Under the pieces are notes generated by a model. That model made no database searches. It saw only the letters and a program-made list of their open reading frames with translations, and had not been told where the DNA came from. Shown one piece after another: positions 50,181 to 60,020 of a stretch of DNA of 64,000 bases. The stretch comes from Alphaproteobacteria bacterium. GTDB taxonomy: Bacteria; Pseudomonadota; Alphaproteobacteria; UBA7887. The translations under genes were made by a program, and so were the position numbers. Positions within the stretch are counted from its first letter, which is position 1. The number at the start of each line of letters is the position of its first letter. The stretch lies in assembly GCA_965216755.1 (NCBI GenBank), contig CBDCGL010000011.1, positions 544,001-608,000 of the forward strand, given 5' to 3'.

Positions 50181-52022
50181 ATGGTAGGACGCCAGAACGT
50201 TGCGAGCTGTGTGTTTCTGGTGGCCTTTTTCTCGGCGTTGGCGCCGACTGGTCTCGCCACCGCGGAGTCGCCCCAACCGATGCCGCTGGCCAGCATGGAT
50301 GATCGTGGTGCCAATCTGCCCCCGGTCGGCCGATCGCTGTTCGACTTCCTTGTCGCCAAGCAGGTCGACGGCAAGTGGGTCTTGGACGTGCCCTATCCGT
50401 TCGAGGCGCTGGTGGATTTGATGGAGGCGGGACTTAGAGAGGGGTATCGGGAGCCGGTCAAGCGTGTGCTCCATCCGCTCGGGCGGTCATTACATCGCCA
50501 TGCCGCGGAGCCGGAATTCTTTAAGTATCCCCGGGCGGTGACGGCCGTCGATACGGATTCCGCACCGCCGGCGCATGCGTCCGGCATGATGTTAAAGGAC
50601 CGTTTGTATCTCGGCTACCAGCCGGTAACGGATTCGGTGGAGCTGATTGCCTACAACGAAGCGGCGGGTCGTTTTGAATATCAAGTCGTCACCGACTATC
50701 GGGAAGGCGGCACGCCGCAGGTGACTTATGCGGATCGCGGAGTTTGTACGGCCTGCCATCACAACCAAGCGCTCATCTATTCGGACCAGCCTTGGGCTGA
50801 GAGTAACAACAATCCCCGCATCGCGGCGCTGTTGCGTGACGAGGCTGCGGATTTCTATGGCATCCCCGCGCAAGTGCCGTTCGATATTCCCGAGTCGTAC
50901 GATGAAGCGACCGACCGAGCAAATTATTTCGCAGCCTATCAATTGGCTTGGAACGAGGCGTGCGCGGCGTCGGGCGACGCCGTCACCTGTCGACGCGACG
51001 GTCTTATCGCGGCCTTGCGCTACCGATTGACCAGTGGTTACCAACTTTGGGATCCGGGTGGTGGCGGGCGCGATCGATTTGCGGCGGCGGTTGCCCGCGG
51101 ATGGCTGAAAAGCTGGCCGGCGGGGGTCGAAATCCCAACGCCAAACTTGCCTGATTTTGATCCTTTCGCTGACGGTGATGTGTCTGATGCCGTCTTGGGC
51201 GGCATGCGTGGTGCCACCGGCCTTAGCCTGTTGCCGGCGAATGTGTTTCATTTCGAGGACATTTACGAACCACTGTATGAGCGGCCAGCGCTGGAACTCT
51301 GGAGGGTGACACGCGCCCTTGGTGGCGGCCAGCCCATGGAACCGCGCTGGCTGGTCAAGGTTATCGCCGGCCTCGGGGACTTTTTTGCCGCGGCTGACAT
51401 CGAAAGGCTCGATACGCGACTGGCGGCGTGGGAGAGCGAGCGGCGTCGAATTACTGTGACGTGTCGCTTCCGCGCTGGGGGAGGCGCCGCCGCGGATAAA
51501 TCAGTGGTGTTTCATTGCGGCGATCCGGCCGGGTTGGGTTTTGTTTTGGACGGGCGCTTTCGCATGCAGGCGGACGGCGCCATCCACGGCGTTGTACCTC
51601 GCGTGCGCGCCGGCTCGGCTGCGCCCGGTGGGCTCGAACTCAAAGGTCAAATTGTCAACGCATCGGACGATGATTGGTCCGTGCGATTGCAGCTACGAGA
51701 TAGTGTCACGGGGCTCAACGCGCGTCTTGCCGATGGTCGTCTCTTGGAGAGCGTCCACATGTCATGGAACGGCGCAAGCTTGGACACGCCGCGCGAGGTT
51801 ATGGCGGAACTGGAAATCTCTGAGGACTTCGAGCATCTCGTGGCGGCGATTGACCGGCTAGCCGATGCGACCCGGGCAGGGGACAGCGATGCCCTGGCCG
51901 GCGCACCGTTTCGCAGGGTCGCCGTGATGCGGCCGATCTTGGCGGATTTCGGACTTACCGACCTGACATGGTGTTGCATGGAACCAGACCATTTGCCGCC
52001 AGCGGTCTTGCTGGCGGAATGA
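50181..52022 (+). CDS. Exported hypothetical protein with one CxxCH heme c motif
   Basis: Sec-type signal peptide ending ATA; CTACH at about aa 189; AAAGGA RBS; 613-aa uninterrupted ORF. Confidence 0.75.
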   Translation: MVGRQNVASCVFLVAFFSALAPTGLATAESPQPMPLASMDDRGANLPPVGRSLFDFLVAKQVDGKWVLDVPYPFEALVDLMEAGLREGYREPVKRVLHPLGRSLHRHAAEPEFFKYPRAVTAVDTDSAPPAHASGMMLKDRLYLGYQPVTDSVELIAYNEAAGRFEYQVVTDYREGGTPQVTYADRGVCTACHHNQALIYSDQPWAESNNNPRIAALLRDEAADFYGIPAQVPFDIPESYDEATDRANYFAAYQLAWNEACAASGDAVTCRRDGLIAALRYRLTSGYQLWDPGGGGRDRFAAAVARGWLKSWPAGVEIPTPNLPDFDPFADGDVSDAVLGGMRGATGLSLLPANVFHFEDIYEPLYERPALELWRVTRALGGGQPMEPRWLVKVIAGLGDFFAAADIERLDTRLAAWESERRRITVTCRFRAGGGAAADKSVVFHCGDPAGLGFVLDGRFRMQADGAIHGVVPRVRAGSAAPGGLELKGQIVNASDDDWSVRLQLRDSVTGLNARLADGRLLESVHMSWNGASLDTPREVMAELEISEDFEHLVAAIDRLADATRAGDSDALAGAPFRRVAVMRPILADFGLTDLTWCCMEPDHLPPAVLLAE

Positions 52023-52112
52023 TCCTAACGAGGGGCCAATTCCCGCCCAATTCCTCGTCCAAAGGCGGGCCCCCGTCAGCCCCACCGAATTCGCCTATAG
52101 CGGCTTAGGCGC

Positions 52113-52470
52113 TTGGCCTTGGCCAACCTGGTCGCGCTATGCCACTTTTTGCCCGGTCCGGCGTCGTCACAAGTGTCCATGGCGATTGGCGCCATGCGTG
52201 CGGGCGTAGCCTGCGCCTTCGCCGCCTGGCTGGGTTTTGCGTTACCGTCGGCGTGGATCATGATCGGATTTGCTTACGGCCTGCGATTCTTTGAGGAGCC
52301 GGATGCGGCCGGTTGGCTCGCGGGACTCAAAGCCGCTGCGATTGCCGTCGTTGCGCGGCCCGTTGTTTACGATTGCTGCATTTCTGGGCGCGGCGATGAC
52401 ACCGATGCCAAATGGGGTCTTGGGTATCTTGGTCAGTGTCATTGCGATATTCGCACCGTTGTTTCTTAGC
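52113..52470 (+). pseudogene. chrA: Chromate efflux transporter (ChrA) relic
   Basis: LVALCHFLPGPASSQV...AWLGF.LPS...GLKAAAIAVVA is followed, in another frame, by GPLFTIAAFLGA...IAIFAP from the second CHR repeat; no intact N- or C-terminus. Confidence 0.8.
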
Positions 52471-52710
52471 TGCAGCCCCCCTTCATCACGCAGCCACGAT
52501 TTCTCTCATAGCTCAACCGACGTTCAAACGGGGCGCAGCATACGTGTCAGCGCAGCCAAATGAAACTGACAGAGAAGTATTCCCCTGCAAGAGCGATTCG
52601 CGCGGCGCGCTGGCCGTTTGTAAGGCGTCTCAATAGCAACGACGGATTATGAGATTGGGAACAATATCGGCGTGGCTGGACGTCTGACGCGCACGCGGCA
52701 AGGCAACCAG

Positions 52711-54598
52711 TTATCTCAGCTTTGATACTTGGAATTCGCCACTACACGCCCCCAGATTACTGCGCCATTCGCCGCGGCCGGATTGTAAATCGCCAACCAG
52801 CGACATGACGACCGTCGTGTTGACGGAGATACCCCTTTTCACAGATCCCGAGACGTTGGTGCTCCATGTCGCGTCCTGCGGGTCCACGGATGTCGACCAT
52901 TTCACCAACGTGCGGCGGTTGCGCCGCGTCTGAATGGTGCCCGATACTTTGTCGCCCTGGACTTGGAGTTTGATATCGCCGCCGTCGAACAACACATCCC
53001 GACAATCCTGCGATGGCGTCAGCCGGTTATCCAACCAAAATTCACCCTGCCAGTTGCCCACTGGACTCGGGACCGCGGCGACGTCGGTTGGCGCAGCGGG
53101 CGCCACGGCCACGGGCGTGGGTTGGGGTGGCGGCACCGCCGCGAGCAGGTTGCCATAGACAAAACCGGTCGTGCCGCCAGGCGCAAGAATGCGGTACCAA
53201 TTTCTGCCGCGCACGCGTCCGGTGACCTCAACTGTGACACCACTATTCAGGAATGCGACCTTTTCATGATCTGTCGAAGGGCCGCCGCGCACGTTTGAGT
53301 TCTTGCGCGCAACCATGATCGCGTCCATGGCATCAACCATGAACGACGGCGGTGTCGGCGGCGGCACCGCCTTTGGAAGCTGTGCAACTTGGCCGGACGT
53401 GACAGGCGTCGGCGGCTCCGCGACATTCGCGGCGGCGGGCGCCTGGCCTTGTCCTGACGATTGTGGCGCCAGCGGTGCGACCAACGCGGTGGCCGGCGGC
53501 GCGTCTATGGTTATGGCATTGGGCGCGATGGCCAGGCTCGACGGTGGTGTCAACAACGAGGCAATCGCCGTTTCTTCGGTCAGGCTCGCCGACGGCGTGA
53601 GCGGTGCGACCGCTGCCGGAGATGCCGGTACGGCCGGCGGCGTTTCCGTCGGGCCGCCTACCGATTTTGTGTCCCGCGCTTGCCTAATTCTCATGCGCGC
53701 CAAATCGGCGAAGACCCCATCGGGAAATTGACGCAAATAGGCCTCAAATGCCGGTGCGTCCTCACTCCCTTTTATCGCCTGCCAAAACACCATTTCCTCG
53801 ACCCCGCCAGGTCGAGGGGCCGTGGTGGCCGGCGGCGGTGCGGTGGCCACCTGGGATGCTGCCGGGGCTTCATTGAAATAGAAGTCGCCCTTCAGGGCTG
53901 ACGCGGTCCAAGGAAGCTGCGAGCCACCTGATCGACGCTCCACATTGCTGCGAACGCGTTTAAAAATGTCCTCGATTCTTAGGCCCGGTTCTTCCATGGC
54001 ATCGAGGAGTTCGCCGGTGAACAGTCCGTTGTCGTCATTGCCGTCCGCGGCGACTTTGCCGGGCGCGGTCGCGTACGCGATAATTGATCCGGACGGCGCG
54101 TTGATCCGCGCCAGGCCGCTAGAGGCCGTGCGGAAACTACGGGCAAATGGGTTATTGCGGCACGCGTCCAGAATAATGATGTTAAGACGGTTGCCGGCGG
54201 CTTCCATTCGGCGCAGCACGGCGTTGACGTTGACCGCCAGGTCGGCCACGTCCTCTTCATATTCGATGTCGGAGCGGATCGGGATCAGATAATTGGCCCC
54301 GCGAATTTCGACGCCATGACCGGCGAAATAGAACAAGCCAACGCCGCCGTCGCGAATGCGTCCGCCAAACTCGCGAATGACGTCGGTCATTTCACGCTGC
54401 GTCAAATCGATGCCTTCGATGACGTCAAAGTCGAGGCGCTTCAAGCTTTCGGCCATTGCTTTGGCGTCATTGACGGGGTTTATCAGCGGGCTGAATTCAT
54501 ACGCGCCATTGCCGATAACCAGCGCAACACGCTGTTCGGCAACAGCATTCTGTGTTGCCACGACCCAAAAATACGAACAATAAAAGCGCCCGAAACAC
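52711..54598 (-). CDS. Caspase-family (peptidase C14) protein with Pro-rich linker, SH3b domain and C-terminal beta domain; 1-nt frameshift near the 5' end
   Basis: RVALVIGN, FAGHG and LDACR dyad, YAT.PG.VA.D; SH3b NVRGGPST; AAGGAG RBS plus GTG at 54598 is out of frame by one base with the main ORF (52711-54561). Confidence 0.82.
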
Positions 54599-54843
54599 GC
54601 GTCCGCTCCTTCCCTCGCATATTATCGCACGAAGTCGCTGCAAATGGAGCATGCAACGTGTTCAAGTCCTCGTTGCCCATTCCTCAAGGGCGATTTCGCG
54701 ACCGCGGCGCGCGATGGTCCGTTGCGAAACGCCCCTCGTCAGCGTTGTCCCTACCAATCTTGCACACGTTGCGCCGCGCTGCGCGGGGTTACATGCTGTT
54801 TTGCCGCGTAATTTCAGGTTCATGCCCCGCTATTAGACGGTGA

Positions 54844-55809
54844 CTATTGCGCGACATTATTTCTGGGGGCGCCTTCGAAAAAGGCGATGACATTGTCGAC
54901 CGCGCCTTCGTTCAACAGCTCGATCGCCTCGACGGTCCAATCAGCCGCATGCGGTGTGAAGACGACATGCGCGCAATCCAGAATGGGATCGTCGGCGGCA
55001 ACCGGTTCCTGCGGAAACACGTCCAATCCAATTCCAGTCAGCCGCCCCGCAGTGGCGACATCGCGAAGTGCTACCATATCCACGACGTCGCCTCGCGCAC
55101 CATTAAGGAGGATCGCGTCATCTTTCATCGAAGCCAGCTCTGGTGCGCCGATGAGGTGGCGCGAGTCGTCGGTCAGTTTGACATGCAGGCTCACCACATC
55201 CGCGGTGCGCAGCAGTTCGTCCAACTCCACAAAGCGCACACCGAGTTGTTTTGCGCGCGCGTCTGACGGGTGGAATGTCCACGCGATCACGTCCATCCCG
55301 ATGCACCGGCCCAGGCGCGCCATCTCGGCGCCGACCGCGCCGGTACCAACCACGCCCAATGTTTTGCCCTGCAGAAGGACATTCATCCTTTGTGTCCATC
55401 GTCCCGCCTTGATCTCGGCGGTTTGATACGCTGCTCGCTTGGCCACCGCGAACATTAAGCCAAACATATGCTCGGCGACGGTCGGCGCGGTCCGGCCGGG
55501 CTGATTGGAAACCACGATGCCGAGTTCCCGTGCGACCGCCACGTCAATAGAATCCGTCCCGATGGAGCATGTGGTGATCATACGCAAACGGGGCAGTGAC
55601 CTAAGTTCGGCCTCACGCCAAGTAACCGCACTGCGTGAATTGATGATGACGTCTGCATCCCGCACGCGCGCCAGCTTTTCTTCCGTGTTCGCCGGGCGCG
55701 ATCGGAATAGAGCCACGTCGCCAAAGGGCTCAAGGCGCGCAAGGTTGGGCGATCCCGCGATTTGCCGTGGATCGTCACCGGGCACGACGATTTTGATACG
55801 ATCGGACAA
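54844..55809 (-). CDS. D-isomer-specific 2-hydroxyacid dehydrogenase (SerA-like, no ACT domain)
   Basis: VAEH, GTGAVG, DVVSLH, NGARG, DVF..EP, TPHAA; TTG start behind GGAGG. Confidence 0.88.
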   Translation of the reverse strand: MSDRIKIVVPGDDPRQIAGSPNLARLEPFGDVALFRSRPANTEEKLARVRDADVIINSRSAVTWREAELRSLPRLRMITTCSIGTDSIDVAVARELGIVVSNQPGRTAPTVAEHMFGLMFAVAKRAAYQTAEIKAGRWTQRMNVLLQGKTLGVVGTGAVGAEMARLGRCIGMDVIAWTFHPSDARAKQLGVRFVELDELLRTADVVSLHVKLTDDSRHLIGAPELASMKDDAILLNGARGDVVDMVALRDVATAGRLTGIGLDVFPQEPVAADDPILDCAHVVFTPHAADWTVEAIELLNEGAVDNVIAFFEGAPRNNVAQ

Positions 55810-55916
55810 AATGGCCTCCAGTGGCCGAATTGGTCATTGGTTGACGAGCGTAGCACGAGCCTAGTTGGGACGCGGCCATTCTACCTTAGAGGAGACTTCC
55901 AGATGGAGACAAGGCG

Positions 55917-56384
55917 ATGACCGCACCCATTGAAATGACGCCGATCGGGCATGTGTTTTGTGAGCGTGCCACACCGATCGATGATGGTTGGGACGCTATT
56001 CCGGCAATCGTCAAATTGGAGGATCAGGACTTTGTCGCCGAGGCCTTGGCAGGTCTTGAAAACTTCTCGCATGTCGAGATCATTTTCTTCTTTCATCTGG
56101 TTGATACGGGCGCGATCGTGTCGGGCCGGCGCCATCCACGAGGACGCACGGACTGGCCGCGCGTGGGCATATTCGCGCAGCGCGGCAAGGCGCGTCCCAA
56201 CCGCTTGGGCGCGACAATCTGCCAAATCGTCAGGATCGAGGGGTGCGACCTCCACGTCATGGGTCTTGACGCTATCGACGGTACGCCGGTGCTCGATATC
56301 AAACCGATTATGGGCGGGTTTCTGCCGCGCGGCCCCGTTAAGGAACCGGCGTGGGCGCAAGAGCTAATGGCGGGATACTGGTAG
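55917..56384 (+). CDS. TsaA/TrmO-like SAM-binding beta-barrel protein (single domain)
   Basis: PIGHV, GLENFSH, GIFAQR...RPNRLG, GLDAIDGTPVLDIKP. Confidence 0.87.
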   Translation: MTAPIEMTPIGHVFCERATPIDDGWDAIPAIVKLEDQDFVAEALAGLENFSHVEIIFFFHLVDTGAIVSGRRHPRGRTDWPRVGIFAQRGKARPNRLGATICQIVRIEGCDLHVMGLDAIDGTPVLDIKPIMGGFLPRGPVKEPAWAQELMAGYW

Positions 56385-56404
56385 GGACGCCCCACCAAAC
56401 AAAA

Positions 56405-57628
56405 TCAAGTGGATTGGCCGGGCAAGCCCAACATTCGCGAAGGGAAACCCGCGTCCGTGAGACATGCAACTATTCGTTCAGCATGCTCCAGATTTCGCGA
56501 CTCAATGATCACAATCAAAGCTGTCGATTTGATCGGCAGTTTGGAAAAATAACGTTCGTGATAAACCTCGACGATATTGGCCCCGGAATCACCTATGATC
56601 TGCGACACTTCGGCGAGTTTTCCGGGCGTGTCGGTAATCTCCACCAACACACGCGATAGGCGGCCCTCTGCCGCCAAGCCGCGCAAGATGATCGACGACA
56701 AAACCCGAGCATCGATATTACCACCGCTCAAAACAACACCGACATTTTTGTCGGCGAAGCGATCGCGTTCGTGCAAGAGCGCGGCGAGCCCGACAGCACC
56801 AGCCCCCTCGACCACAGTTTTCTCAATGTCGAGCAACATAAGGATGGCCCGTTCGATCTCTGTTTCCGAAACGACGCACGTATCGTCCACCAAGGCGCGG
56901 ATAATGGGAAGCGTTGTCGTGCCGGACCGTGTTACGGCAATTCCTTCGGCGATTGAGGGGCCGCCCATAACCGGATGCTCGCCGTGCAATGCGGCATGGA
57001 TGGCCGGGTAAGTCTCGCTCTCAACGCCGACAATGCTGATCTGTGGCTTGATTCCTTTGGCAGCGATTGCCACGCCACTGATTAATCCGCCGCCACCCGC
57101 CGGAACGAGTATGATGTCGAGGTTCGGCACGGCATTGAGCATCTCGATGGCGATTGTGCCTTGGCCGGCGATGATTTGCGGATCGTCATAGGGATGAATA
57201 AAAGTCAGACCTTCTTTCTTGGCCACGGCCAATGCGTGGTCTTCAGCTTCCGACAGCGATTTGCCTTCCAAAAGGACCCGTGGGCCGAGCAATCTGGTTT
57301 GTTCTATTTTGACAAACGGGGTGTCTTCGGGCATCACGATCGTGGCCGGAATGCCAAGGCGCCGCGCGTGATAGGCAACACCTTGGGCATGATTGCCCGC
57401 CGACATGGCGATTACACCGTTCGCGCGCGCGGATTCGTCCAACAGAAGAAGCTTGTTCAGCGCGCCGCGTTCCTTAAATGACGCCGTGAACTGGTGATTT
57501 TCAAACTTCAGGAGAACGTTGGCGCCAGTAATTTGGGATAGTGTTTGCGACTTGCGGCAGGGCGTGTTGACGATGGCACCTGCAATGCGTTCGTGAGCGG
57601 TCCGGATGTCGGCCAGTGTGGGAGTCAT
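56405..57628 (-). CDS. Threonine ammonia-lyase with single C-terminal ACT domain
   Basis: SFKERG, SAGNHAQG, GGGGL, VEGAGA, D.PG.L ACT; start 57628 overlaps the acylase stop (ATGA). Confidence 0.92.
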   Translation of the reverse strand: MTPTLADIRTAHERIAGAIVNTPCRKSQTLSQITGANVLLKFENHQFTASFKERGALNKLLLLDESARANGVIAMSAGNHAQGVAYHARRLGIPATIVMPEDTPFVKIEQTRLLGPRVLLEGKSLSEAEDHALAVAKKEGLTFIHPYDDPQIIAGQGTIAIEMLNAVPNLDIILVPAGGGGLISGVAIAAKGIKPQISIVGVESETYPAIHAALHGEHPVMGGPSIAEGIAVTRSGTTTLPIIRALVDDTCVVSETEIERAILMLLDIEKTVVEGAGAVGLAALLHERDRFADKNVGVVLSGGNIDARVLSSIILRGLAAEGRLSRVLVEITDTPGKLAEVSQIIGDSGANIVEVYHERYFSKLPIKSTALIVIIESRNLEHAERIVACLTDAGFPSRMLGLPGQST

Positions 57629-60015
57629 GGTTCGGCTTTTGTGGCGGGCACAAGAGTCAATCGATACGCGGCGACGGCGTCGACTCCTTCGGCACTCATT
57701 GGCAACGAAATATAGTCGCCGGCCCCCCACAACGGCGCCAGGTCCCGATAGTGCGGCGACAAGACATTGCCCGACTGACCCGTGCTGATCATAACCTCGG
57801 TCGAATCCAAATCGGCCAGATCGACGATGACCCTCAGACTGGCGCCATGAACTTCCGCGAACGGTGCATCATTGTCGCGAATATGGGTATTGGCCTGCAT
57901 GACCGTGTAGGGCCCCCCGCCATGCGCCAGCTTGATATCAAATAGGCCGCCAATTACGGGCACATCTGAAAGAATCCGATGCTTGCTGTGCGCGTAGTGC
58001 AAATCGCCCCAGCGCCATTGCCCGGGATCATCGCCGAGGCGTGTGTTCAGCCATGTCGCCGCCGCTTCAAGAGCTGGATCGGTTCGGTCCGCGCAGGGAT
58101 TTATTTCGGTGTTTCTGCACCAGACGCTGTCACCGCGCAATACCCGGGTCATGAATTCCGGCGCACGGCGCCAAATTCCTGGGAATTGTGAGGCGGACAA
58201 ATCTTCGGACACCGCGCGGGTGAACTCTCGGTACCAGGTATGGAATATGGCGGGTTCTGGGCGCGCCGGATCCATGCTGCCGTCCCATCCGTCGAGCAGC
58301 CGTGTCAGCCGCGGGTTTTGGGTCGGATCGACGGTTGCGTGAAACAGAGGCAGAACGCTACGCGCCATGTTTGACACGATATCGGTCTGGATGGCTTTGA
58401 ACGAGGCCACGTCGTGTTTCGGGCGGGCGCCCAGCAGACCATCTATGCGCCGCGTGCGGTAGGTCATGTCCCAATCGCGGCTGATGAAATGCGGATAATC
58501 ATCGTCAACCACCCGACTATTGGCCGTGACGATCCACCCCTTGGTTGCACCGACCCGCCGCGGCATTGCTGTGTCAGGCAGATAACCGCGCCATTCGCCG
58601 GCGCCGTCGACGCCGCGATTGGGCAGCCAGCCATCGCCATCGCGGCGGATTGGAACGCGCCCCGCGACCAAAAAACCGATTTGACCGGCCTGGTCGGCGA
58701 GAACGAAATTCTGCATTGGGGCGTGAAACCGGCGCAGAGCGTCAAACAGATCGTCGATTGTCCGCGCATTGGCCAGGCCAAAAGCACTATCGAGCGTGGT
58801 GTCTTCCGCGCTAAGCGCTGTCCAGGCCATAGCCACGACATTTGCGGGCTCGGCAAGCGGCGCGTAGCGGTCGCTGACATCGGAAACCACAGGGCCATGG
58901 CGGGTGTGGCGGACCGTGATGTCGATGTCGCCATGGTCTTTCACTTCTATGGTTTCGCCTCGCGTCTGAAAGGGTTGCGATCCGGCAGGGGTCAGATAGC
59001 GACCAGGGTCGTCAGGATCGAGCGTTTCGACAAACAGGTCCTGCACATCAGCATTGGTGTTGGTCACGCCCCAGGCGGCGGTACTATTACGTCCCGACAC
59101 GATCGCCGGAATTCCTGGCAACGTGCCGCCGGCGACGTTCAGATCCTGGGCGCTGAGATGGGCCAAATACCATGCCGCGGGCGCGGTCAGCCCCAAATGC
59201 GGATCATTCGCCAACATTGGTTTGCCGCTGACCGTGTGCTCTCCATTGACGACCCAGTTGTTCGAGCCGATACCGGCGGCAAACCCCGACACCAATGCCG
59301 TACGGATCTCAGCGGCACGACGCGGAGCGATGGGCGCGGGTCCGGCTTTCGCTGGGCGGCCAAGCGTGTGTGCGTCCGTTGCCCAGAGTTCGTCGATGAC
59401 CGCATCGTCAAGTTCACTTTGTAGCATTGTCCGCGCCAGTTCGCCCCGGGCATTGCCGGCCAGCAGGATCGACATCATTTTGACCGCGAGCACGCAATCG
59501 GCGGCGGTCCATGGCTCAGGCGCATGGCCGAAAATCACGAACTCGGGCGCCAGAGGCCCTTCAGTTCCCAAAATCATCGCGTTGACGCCCCGCACGTAGG
59601 CATCGATATAGGTTCGCGTTTCAGGCTTGAAATGAGCGAGGGACCGTTCGGATTGGCCAGCAAATCCGATGGTTCGCATGTATCGATCCATATCGATCGT
59701 GCGCGGGCCGAAGATTTCTGACATGCGACCAGCACCAACGCGACGCGCGATTTCCATCTGCCAAAGCCGATCCTGAGCATGCACGTAGCCGAGCGCAAAA
59801 TAGGCATCGGGAATTGTCTCAGCCTTGATGTGTGGAACGCCGTATTGATCGCGAACGATTTCTACTGACTTCAGCAAACCAGCGACGTGTCGCGTGCCGT
59901 CCCAAGTTGCAATCGATCCGCGCAACCAGACATATCCGCCGGCCGTGGCCAGCACGCCGAGCGCCACAATCGCTATCAGACCAATGAAAAGCCAGCGAAA
60001 GTATTTCACGCGCAC
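57625..60015 (-). CDS. Penicillin acylase family (peptidase S45) Ntn-hydrolase, membrane-anchored or exported
   Basis: N-terminal TM, RD.YGVPHI, AQDRLWQME, catalytic GSNNW, ANDPHL, GQSG. Confidence 0.92.
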   Translation of the reverse strand: MRVKYFRWLFIGLIAIVALGVLATAGGYVWLRGSIATWDGTRHVAGLLKSVEIVRDQYGVPHIKAETIPDAYFALGYVHAQDRLWQMEIARRVGAGRMSEIFGPRTIDMDRYMRTIGFAGQSERSLAHFKPETRTYIDAYVRGVNAMILGTEGPLAPEFVIFGHAPEPWTAADCVLAVKMMSILLAGNARGELARTMLQSELDDAVIDELWATDAHTLGRPAKAGPAPIAPRRAAEIRTALVSGFAAGIGSNNWVVNGEHTVSGKPMLANDPHLGLTAPAAWYLAHLSAQDLNVAGGTLPGIPAIVSGRNSTAAWGVTNTNADVQDLFVETLDPDDPGRYLTPAGSQPFQTRGETIEVKDHGDIDITVRHTRHGPVVSDVSDRYAPLAEPANVVAMAWTALSAEDTTLDSAFGLANARTIDDLFDALRRFHAPMQNFVLADQAGQIGFLVAGRVPIRRDGDGWLPNRGVDGAGEWRGYLPDTAMPRRVGATKGWIVTANSRVVDDDYPHFISRDWDMTYRTRRIDGLLGARPKHDVASFKAIQTDIVSNMARSVLPLFHATVDPTQNPRLTRLLDGWDGSMDPARPEPAIFHTWYREFTRAVSEDLSASQFPGIWRRAPEFMTRVLRGDSVWCRNTEINPCADRTDPALEAAATWLNTRLGDDPGQWRWGDLHYAHSKHRILSDVPVIGGLFDIKLAHGGGPYTVMQANTHIRDNDAPFAEVHGASLRVIVDLADLDSTEVMISTGQSGNVLSPHYRDLAPLWGAGDYISLPMSAEGVDAVAAYRLTLVPATKAEP

Positions 60016-60020
60016 GCCTA

